Shown in pieces: positions 55,116-64,000 of a DNA stretch of 64,000 nt (its first letter is position 1; each line of letters starts with the position of its first letter). The stretch is taken from contig NIVC01003162.1 of the NCBI GenBank assembly GCA_002269645.1, positions 17,068 to 81,067 of the forward strand, read 5' to 3'. The DNA comes from Macrostomum lignano (lineage: Eukaryota). The position numbers and the translations under genes are program-made. The notes beneath the pieces were generated by a model. That model saw nothing but the letters and a program-made list of their open reading frames with translations. It made no database searches and was not told the origin of the DNA.

Positions 55116-56224
55116 TCTTCTCTTTACTTGGCCCTTGAGGTAAAAAAGTTTGCCGATCACAGGATTACAGACTTGCTTCTCCAAGACGTATAGCAAAATA
55201 AAGCCTTTCCAGATAGTATTCGATGTAATAGATGGAATTCGGAGGGACTTCTACCCTATCAAATAATAAAATTTGATATTCATAATTAGACTAAAATTTT
55301 TCAGAAACAACAAAAACAAGAAAAAGCTTTCTAGTGATATCGGAATCTCACTAAATTGAAGCCTAATGCAAGCCAGATAGGTTATTTCTGTAATCGCAAC
55401 TACAAGAGATGGCGTCATCCATTTACTCTTTGAACTAATGGCATTCGATTGAAATGACAAACCCAGGAAGACAGTGAAGCATCAACCAAAGCAATCAGAA
55501 AGCTTTATTGCTTTTAGTATACAGCAACGCGGATTAGGAATGCTTCGTCAGTAATTAAGCATGAATTGCACAGGGAAAGATGTTAGTTAATCTCCATATA
55601 AATTTGACTGTAAAATATCATCAGAAAAAAGTTTCAATAAAATCGCATTGCACAGCCCTCAGATACAGAAAACGCGCAGGGACGGAACGAATACAATGTT
55701 AAAAAGCAGAATGTTTCACAACAGACCCGCTGGTGAACAATGGTAAACAAAAAATTGCACAATTGTATATCACTCAATGTAGACTCAAATTGTCCAGGAC
55801 GGAACAAAAATTCGACCAGACAGCTCGTAAATATCCGCCTACCCGCATCAAATAAATAAGTAGCAAGTTGCGGTAAATCAATTCTCCAGTCAACAGAAAT
55901 TAACCCAAAATGAAAACGGTACCCAGGACACAAGAAGCGTCTCTAAACGACTCAAAAACTACGAGATGACTCATCGTAAAAGACGCCAAAAAGTCGTCAA
56001 AGAGTCGCCTAAGAGTCAATTTCTATAGCGCATCTGCGTCACTGTTTACCAATTAGAATCGCATTTCGCATTTATAACAACTCTATTTAGTCTACTTGAG
56101 TTAGTAGTGAGTTTATCGCTAGCACAACAGCTCTCAGACGAATTTTTTTGCAACTCAACAGTCGGCCTCTCTGTCGCATTGCAGTCCAACGAGAAACCTA
56201 ATAGAAAATCGCGCAATAGCATAT

Positions 56225-59200
56225 TCAACGCCGATTGAGCGCCATCAAATTAAGCCGGATGGACAGCACGCCTTTGGGATATTTGTGCAGATAGACTACG
56301 CACGAGAACTGCACTTTGGGCACAGCGTCGCTGCTATCTACGTACATGCCGATCTCGTGCAGCTTCGTATTGCGCACCTCCTGCAGAATTTCGTCAGTGG
56401 ACATGTAGCCGACTCGCATTGAGTAACCAACAATCTACAAGTTTTGTCGTATATTAAAATAAGTTAATTAATCTGTTTTGTCTACTTTAAGTACAAAGTT
56501 GCGATAAATTTCTTACAATTTTGCTCGCAAATTGCTTGTTGTAGTTTTCTCTGGCTGCTAGTAGCTGACTGGCCTCAGGATTATAGTGATAAATCTCCAT
56601 GCTGCGGTGATGAAGATTTTGTTGTTGTAAGTAATAGACTGCAGATACTGTGTGACGGCTAAATGTACACCGGGGTCGGGTGGCTGTGGCTAGCAAATGT
56701 ACATTGGGGTGGGGTGGCTGTGACTAGCAAATGTACATTGGGTTGGGGTGGCTGTCACTAGTAAATGTACATTGGGGTGGGGTGATTGTAGGTAGTAAAT
56801 TTACATTGGAGCGGGGTGGTTGAGGCTAGCAAAAGTACATTTGGGTGGGGTGGTTGTGGCTAGCAAATGTACATTGGGGCTGGGTGGTTCTGGCTAGCAA
56901 ATGTACATTGGGGTGGGGTGGCTGTGACTAGCAAGTGTTACACTGAGGCTGGTAGGTTGTTGTATCATAGCAAAATTGACGCTATGATACGGTAGAAAAG
57001 AATTTGATTTTAACTCTCACTATTTGAGCAGGTCGCGAATCTCCCTGCTACCGGCATTGTACCACAGTGTGGGCACCCTGGGCCGCCACTCGCTGATAGC
57101 TTTGCGCAGGGTTATCTCGATCTCGTACTCGATGTTGGCAATATCTGAGTCGCCAACTGGTCCGCCCGAATAGTTAATCGGCTGCTGGATGCATTCGAAA
57201 GTTCGTTCGTTAGGCTTCTCAATGTGAAGCCAGTAGTTCTGATCAGTGACGCCATAGTTGAGCACGCGAACACCTTCGAATGGCTTCTTGTTGATGTACA
57301 CACCACCTGCAGATATGAGGCAGTCAATGCTGATCAGGGGGCAGCGATCGCCCATGGCGTTGAACCGGAGGCCTAGCGAAGGATTCCACACGTATTTGTC
57401 GTTGCCATCGACTTCTACCACATAAGCGGTGGAGCCTTCTGGTACCGCGTTGCCAAGTGCCAGGTAGATTTGAGTGCCAGTGCCCTGGCTGAGGTGGAGC
57501 AGATAATTAGCTAGCAGCACGGCGTGCTCCTCTTCATCTCCGGCTTGGTAGTCCATGAACTCCTGCGCGAAGGGCAATTGGCGATCGTTGTCTAATGGAC
57601 AGTGTCTGTGACACCCACCCCACTCTTGCGTACACCATCGATCTAGAAACCCACCCCACTAGCTCCTTTGCGATCGACCTAAACACCCAACTGACCCCTT
57701 ATGTACACTATCGATAGACACCCACCCCACTCCTATGTGCACTATCGATCTAAACACCCACCCTACTCCTATGTACACTATCGATCTAAACACCCACCCT
57801 ACTCCTATGTACACTATCGATCTAGACACCCACCCTACTCCTATGTACACTATCGATCTAAACACCCACCCTACTCCTATGTACACTATCGATCTAAACA
57901 CCCACCCTACTCCTATGTACTATCGATCTAACACCCACCCGACTCCCTATGTACACTATCGATCTAAACACTCACCCACCTCAATCTCATGTAGACTATC
58001 GATCTAGACACCCACCCCACTCCTTATGTACACTATCGATCTAGACACATTCCACATCAATCCATGAGTACAATGTTTGCGACACCAACCCAGCGGTAAA
58101 ACACATACGCACCCTCGATATAAAAGTTTGTCTTATTGCATTACCTCGCAAGTGTTCCAAATATCGATTAGGCCAGGAAAAGCTGAGGCATCGCTCACAA
58201 ACGGCACCAAGGAGACGTAGTTAGCGATGATTAACTGAAAAAATGATGAATGGATTGCATTGATATAGTGGCTTGACTGTGATAAACAACTTAACGAGAG
58301 GCTTAGAACTGACCTTCTTATGCTGGGGATCAGTAACTTCCTGGCCTCGCGAGAACAGCTCAGGTGGTGGTGCCAAACCAGTGGGACTCAGATAGCAGGA
58401 AACAAAGACCTCCTTGACCTCCATGCTAACAACGAAAGCTCGCGGGTGATAAAGAAACTCTTCAACTTGAGCTTCCGGATTTGATTGCATCTGGCGCATG
58501 ACGCCGGCAACTTCGTCGGCGAGGCGACTCAAGGTGTTCTTGGTGGCGCGAACCCACTGCCTGGCGGGCTCGTGCACCGTGTCGAATGCCTGCTGCAGCA
58601 GGCCAGGCCTGGCCAGGTGCGGCTGCAGAGTGATGAAGACTCGGAGCGCCGGGGCGCGCGGCCGCCTGCGAGCGGCGCCATCGCCGGCCCCGGAGCCACC
58701 GTAGCCGGTCACCAAATCCGGGACGCGAAGCTGCAGCCGGCCCTGCACTTTCTCGTTGATGTACACGGTTGAGAACGGAATGGACACGCTGCCAAGGAAG
58801 TGCTTCTCTTGAACAACAACAGAGCCAACGTCTGCGGCCTGCTGGCCCTCGGCTGGCCGACTGTAGGTTCTATCGTTGAACACCTTCAGCACCAGCGGGT
58901 CGGATATGGTCTCGGGCTTCTGGGTGGCATTGCGCAGACGGAACGGCAGCTCCAGACTGGCATTCCAGTCCGGATTCGTGCCAGACATGGTAGCCGTGCG
59001 CAGAGTGTTGCCCTGCGGCGGAGTGCGCAACGTTATTATATATTCTGCTATTATATTAGCACGGTTTCGCATAGCAACTAACAGCTTGACCTACTGCTGT
59101 GTGAACCTAATACTAATCTTTAATAGAAATAGTTCCTAGTGGGAAACTTCCATTGGGAATAGTTCCTAGTTGGAAACTTCCATTGGGAATAGTTCCTGTT

Positions 59201-62200
59201 TGGAAACTTCCATTGGGAATAGTTCCTGTTTGGAAACTTCCAGTGGGAATAGTTCCTGGTTGGAAACTTCCATTGGGAATAGTTCCTGTTTGGAAACTTC
59301 CATTGGGAATAGTTCCTGTTTGGAAACTTCCAGTGGGAATACTTCCTGATTGGAAACTTCCAGTGGGAATAGTTCCTAGTTGGAAACTTCCATTGGGAAT
59401 AGTTCCTGATTGGAAACTTCCAGTGGGAATACTTCCTGATTGGAAACTTCCATTGGGAATAGTTCCTGATTGGAAACTTCCAGTGGGAATACTTCCTGAT
59501 TGGAAACTTCCATTGGGAATAGTTCCTAGTTGGAAACTTCCATTGGGAATAGTTCCTGTTGGAAACTTCCATTGGGAATAGTTCCTGGTTGGAAACGTCA
59601 ATTGGATATGGTTACTTCAGCTACCTGAAAGGTGACTTCCACAAACGGCTTCAGAATCTGCTTCGAATCGTTGGGGCTGGGCAAGTCGATGGCGTCAATA
59701 ATATTAACGCTAAGCGTGATTGGCGCCATGGCCAGGCTGAGCAGTGGTGTCCGGGACACAATCTCCCTGGCCGGTTTCAGCGGCCGTTTCCGGCTGAACA
59801 GCGGGCGCAGCAGCGACAGAATGTCAACAACCACGGCTTTGGCTTCGTCGATCACCTCCTCGTAGGTTCGATAGCCTTTGGCGGCGTTGAACGCCTCCGT
59901 GACCTGTTCGCGTACGTAGCGCATTTTTGCTTCGTAGCGCATGCGCATCTTCTGCAAATCGCTGGCTCGGGTGCGCGATACGTCCGTCTCGCGCTTCGGC
60001 TCCTGGCAGATGGGAGTTCAGTGCGGTTATAGTGGGATTAATAGGTACTGCACTCACAGGCATTTTTGCCTCAATGATAATCGAATTCCCCAAGCTTCAG
60101 TGAGCATCAGCTTCTCACTTCCTCATGCTTACAGTGAGCATCAGCTACTCACTTCCCCATGCTTACAGTGAGCATCAGCTTCTCACTTCCCCATGCTTAC
60201 AGTGAGCATCAGCTTCTCACTTCCCCTCCCCATGCTTACAGTGAGCATCAGCTTCTCACTTCCCCATGCTTACAGTGAGCATCAGCTACTCACTTCCCCA
60301 TGCTTACAGTGAGCATCAGCTTCTCACTTCCCCATGCTTACAGTGAGCATCAGCTTCTCACTTCCCATGCTTACAGTGAGCATCAGCTTCTCACTTCCCC
60401 ATGCTTACAGTGAGCATCAGCTTCTCACTTCCCCTCCCCATGCTTACAGTGAGCATCAGCTTCTCACTTCCCCATGCTTACAGTGAGCATCAGCTTCTCA
60501 CTTCCCCATGCTTACAGTGAGCATCAGCTTCTCACTTCCCCATGCTTACAGTGAGCATCAGCTTCTCACTTCCCATGCTTACAGTGAGCATCAGCTTCTC
60601 ACTTCCCCATGCTTACAGTGAGCATCAGCTTCTCACTTCCCTCCCCATGCTTACAGTGAGCATCAGCTTCTCACTTCCCCATGCTTACAGTGAGCATCAG
60701 CTTCTCACTTCCCCATGCTTACAGTGAGCATCAGCTTCTCACTTCCCCATGCTTACAGTGAGCATCAGCTTCTCACTTCCCTCCCCATGCTTACAGTGAG
60801 CATCAGCTTCTCACTTCCCCATGCTTACAGTGAGCATCAGCTACTCACTTCCCATGCTTACAGTGAGCATCAGCTTCTCACTTCCCCATGCTTACAGTGA
60901 GCATCAGCTTCTCACTTCCCCTCCCATGCTTACAGTGAGCATCAGCTTCTCACTTCCCCATGCTTACAGTGAGCATCAGCTTCTCACTTCCCATGCTTAC
61001 AGTGAGCATCAGCTACTCACTTCCCCATGCTTACAGTGAGCATCAGCTACTCACTTCCCCATGCTTACAGTGAGCATCAGCTTCTCACTTCCCATGCTTA
61101 CAGTGAGCATCAGCTACTCACTTCCCATGCTTACAGTGAGCATCAGCTTCTCACTTCCCCATGCTTACAGTGAGCATCAGCTACTCACTTCCCCATGCTT
61201 ACAGTGAGCATCAGCTACTCACTTCCCATGCTTACAGTGAGCATCAGCTTCTCCCTTTCCCATGCTTACAGTGAGCATCAGCTACTCACTTCCCCATGCT
61301 TACAGTGAGCATCAGCTACTCACTTCCCCATGCTTACAGTGAGCATCAGCTACTCACTTCCCCATGCTTACAGTGAGCATCAGCTTCTCACTTCCCATGC
61401 TTACAGTGAGCATCAGCTTCTCACTTCCCCATGCTTACAGTGAGCATCAGCTTCTCCCTTTCCCATGCTTACAGTGAGCATCAGCTTCTCACTTCCCATG
61501 CTTACAGTGAGCATCAGCTACTCACTTCCCCATGCTTACAGTGAGCATCAGCTTCTCACTTCCCCATGCTTACAGTGAGCATCAGCTACTCACTTCCCCA
61601 TGCTTACAGTGAGCATCAGCTACTCACTTCCCCATGCTTACAGTGAGCATCAGCTTCTCCCGTTCCCATGCTTACAGTGAGCATCAGCTTCTCACTTCCC
61701 CATGCTTACAGTGAGCATCAGCTACTCACTTCCCCTCCCCATGCTTACAGTGAGCATCAGCTTCTCCCGTTCCCATGCTTACAGTGAGCATCAGCTTCTC
61801 ACTTCCCCATGCTTACAGTGAGCATGAGCTACTCACTTCCCCATGCTTACAGCGAATCAAGTGGAGTTTTTAATCAAACAGCTAATTAGTTAAAATCCAT
61901 GGGTCACAATAATAAATCAAACTATATTTAATAGGTCAAAATCAATGCTCTGAATAAATAAATACAATAACTGCGCTATACAAGTGGAATCAATTTTCCA
62001 GAGAAAACTCTTAATGGATCTGTTACCCGCGTGGTCGCTACTAAAAGCTTACCGTTCCAATAGCAAGATTCTGCAAGCAAGAGAGTTGAGCAACAACCAG
62101 TGCACCATTCAAAGACAATACTGAGGTCATTGCTAGCACCAACACAGCAGAGCAAATGTAGAAAAAAAAATAAATAGTCTGCAAGTTCAGAGTGAGTGAA

Positions 62201-63582
62201 CATACAACCAACGGTTCAATGTGTAAAAAAGCTCTAGTTAATAAACTGACCAAATGAATGAATATAAATATTAAGCAATAAGTTTTCGGTGACATTACCA
62301 ATTTGCGTGGCTGTAAATGATTAAAAGAGAATAGGAAAAAGATGACTAGTAAAACTGTGATCTTATCTAAACATGACAAGCTTGTGAACTATAGCAATTT
62401 AAAATAAAAGCCCATACTCGACTGGTCATTGTTGCGTCGCCAATATCCACTATTAATGACGGGGCCTGCGACAGCATAGGCGGCTCTAAATGTTAACACT
62501 GAGTATACTGTGCCTCACTTGTCTATTTAAATATTGGCTTCATGTATTCTGACTAGGAATTGGATTGAGATTTCGATCAGAGAAGGGCGGATTACCGCCG
62601 ACTGATGATGGAGGCAGGGGCGGAATACCAGACTGATGATGGAGGCAGGGGCGGAATACCAGACTGATGATTGAGGGAGGGGCGGAATACCAGACTGATG
62701 ATTGAGGGAGGGGCGGAATACCAGACTGATGATTGAGGGAGGGGCGGAATACCAGACTGATGATTGAGACGGTGGAATATTATCTACTGATGGCTGAAAG
62801 TTCGCAAAAGTGCCACAATAAAAACCCGGCAACAATATTAGAGGCAGACATGTCACTACGAGACTGGTAGACATAGGTACGCATTCTCACCTCGACCATC
62901 TCCTTGCTAATTAGGCTGGCAAAGGCTGGCATCGCGAGCACCCTTGAGCTGCTCACGCCAATGTCGCCTCGGTCCCGCATAATCAGCGCCCGGAATCTCA
63001 GATCAGTGTCCAGATCCTCGGCCGAGCAGAAGCCGAACTCCTCCTCGAAGAAGTTCAGTCGGCAATAGCCGCCTGTAAGCTGCTGCTGCTGCTGCTGCTG
63101 CGGATCCTGGCCCAGAGCCGCGTTGAGGTTGAGCCGCACAAATGCCGGATCGTTGGGGTCGCGCATCTCGGTCAGGCGTGGCAGCTTGGGAGCGCTCTGG
63201 CTCGGTCAACGTAGGTCTCAGTCTGCGGATCGTACACCTTGAGCATCGGCGCTAGAATGTTGCCTTCGGAGTCGGAACGCCAGCCGCACCTGGACCGAAT
63301 TAGGCCCTCGTATTCGGCTGGGCCAGCATCGGCTCCGGTCTGGCTGAATTGAACCTCCGAGAAGTTCAGCTGGGCCCGCGTGGTCTGCGAGTCCGGCCTG
63401 GGCAGCGAGGCGAAGCCGATGGTACGGACAGCGGAGCGAAAGCCGCCGCGGCGATGCTCGGTCAGCTGCAGCGAATGCGGCTGGGAGGCCACCACCTCCA
63501 CCAGGTAGATGCGGTTGAAGTGCAGAGCGAAGTTCGAACTCAGCGTCCTGGATGAAGCGAGGGAGCGGCCAGAATCAGGGAA
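56225..63582 (-). CDS. CC2D2A: Coiled-coil and C2 domain-containing protein 2A (ciliary transition zone, MKS6), 3' portion
   Basis: Exons 63582-62891 (DPNDP...EEEFGFCSAEDL; contains a frame change), 60002-59625, 59012-58314 (C2: PFVEVTFQ|GNTLRTATMSGTNPDWNASLELPF), 58234-58145 (YVSLVPFVSD), 57562-57021 (AGDEEEHAVLLANY...GNAVPEG), 56601-56517 and 56434-56225 (VYLHKYPKGVLSI). The 5' part lies beyond the window. Confidence 0.92.
56660..56935. repeat. 34-bp minisatellite (tagcaaatgtacattggggtggggtggctgtgac), CC2D2A intron
   Basis: About 8 diverged copies. Confidence 0.88.
57610..58045. repeat. 36-bp minisatellite (atcgatctaaacacccaccctactcctatgtacact), CC2D2A intron
   Basis: Tandem array. Confidence 0.92.
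59133..59597. repeat. 30-bp minisatellite (ggaaacttccattgggaatagttcctgttt), CC2D2A intron
   Basis: About 15 copies. Confidence 0.95.
60100..61855. repeat. 33-34-bp minisatellite (cccatgcttacagtgagcatcagcttctcactt) x ~51, CC2D2A intron
   Basis: Tandem array. Confidence 0.96.
62595..62775. repeat. 31-bp repeat (actgatgattgagggaggggcggaataccag) x5-6, CC2D2A intron
   Basis: Tandem copies. Confidence 0.9.
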
Positions 63583-63629
63583 CTGATACAATACGCATCA
63601 TAGATAGCTGGCCTGACCCCAACACCTGC

Positions 63630-64000
63630 CACTGACAAAAGCAAACCTGTCTCTGACAGAAGCACACTGTCTCTGACAGAAGCACACCTGTCTCTGACAG
63701 AAGCACACTCTTGTCTCTGACAGAAGCACACCTGTCTCTGACAGAAGCACACCTGCTCTCTGACAGAAGCACACCTGTCTCTGACAGAAGCACACTGTCT
63801 CTGACAGAAGCACACCTGTCTCTGACAGAAGCACACTGTCTCTGACAGAAGCACACCTGTCTCTGACAGAAGCACACCTGTCTCTGACAGAAGCACACTG
63901 CACTGACAGAAGCACACTGTCTCTGACAGAAGCACACCTGTCTCTGACAGAAGCACACTGTCTCTGACAGAAGAACACCTGTCTCTGACAGAAGCACACC
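63630..64000. repeat. 20-21-bp minisatellite (tgtctctgacagaagcacacc), CC2D2A intron, runs off the window
   Basis: Tandem array. Confidence 0.94.

Noticed and set aside
60100-61855. Iron-responsive elements (CAGTG in a hairpin loop)
   Set aside because: Stem geometry does not fit C-N5-CAGUGH-N5, and CAGTG is on the non-transcribed strand of an intron.
62595-62800. Tandem hammerhead ribozymes (CTGATGA in each 31-bp unit)
   Set aside because: The second core box reads GAAT rather than GAAA, and no stem II or stem III pairing is evident.

Overview
Eukaryotic animal genomic DNA, most consistent with the flatworm Macrostomum (GC-rich exons, ~80-100 nt minimal introns, a Macrostomum-type spliced-leader-like sequence). 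Host genes: ADAM metalloprotease (-, 12 exons resolved, 3' end not resolved), WSC+PAN/Apple protein (+, partial), intronless GT31-like glycosyltransferase (+), mucolipin/TRPML channel (+, 6 exons), universal stress protein (+, 2 exons), an orphan ~106-aa secreted protein (+, 2 exons), ANKRD28/44/52-type PP6 ankyrin subunit (-, 5 exons, one internal frame break) and the 3' part of CC2D2A (-). An intact 5.4-kb LOA-type non-LTR retrotransposon (ORF1 + APE-RT-RNase H ORF2, TAATG junction, (TAAG)4 tail, 13-bp TSD) lies antisense in mucolipin intron 1. About 30 mostly unrelated minisatellite arrays (roughly a third of the window by my approximate boundaries) fill introns and intergenic DNA and explain most long ORF-track entries. 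Best leads: a donor-less SL-RNA-like sequence at 42006-42044; strong splice acceptors just upstream of the ATG in four host genes and in the retrotransposon ORF1; intronic arrays whose units are splice-signal mimics; and a ~580-bp fold-back upstream of the ankyrin gene. All exon coordinates were derived by hand from splice consensus and frame continuity.
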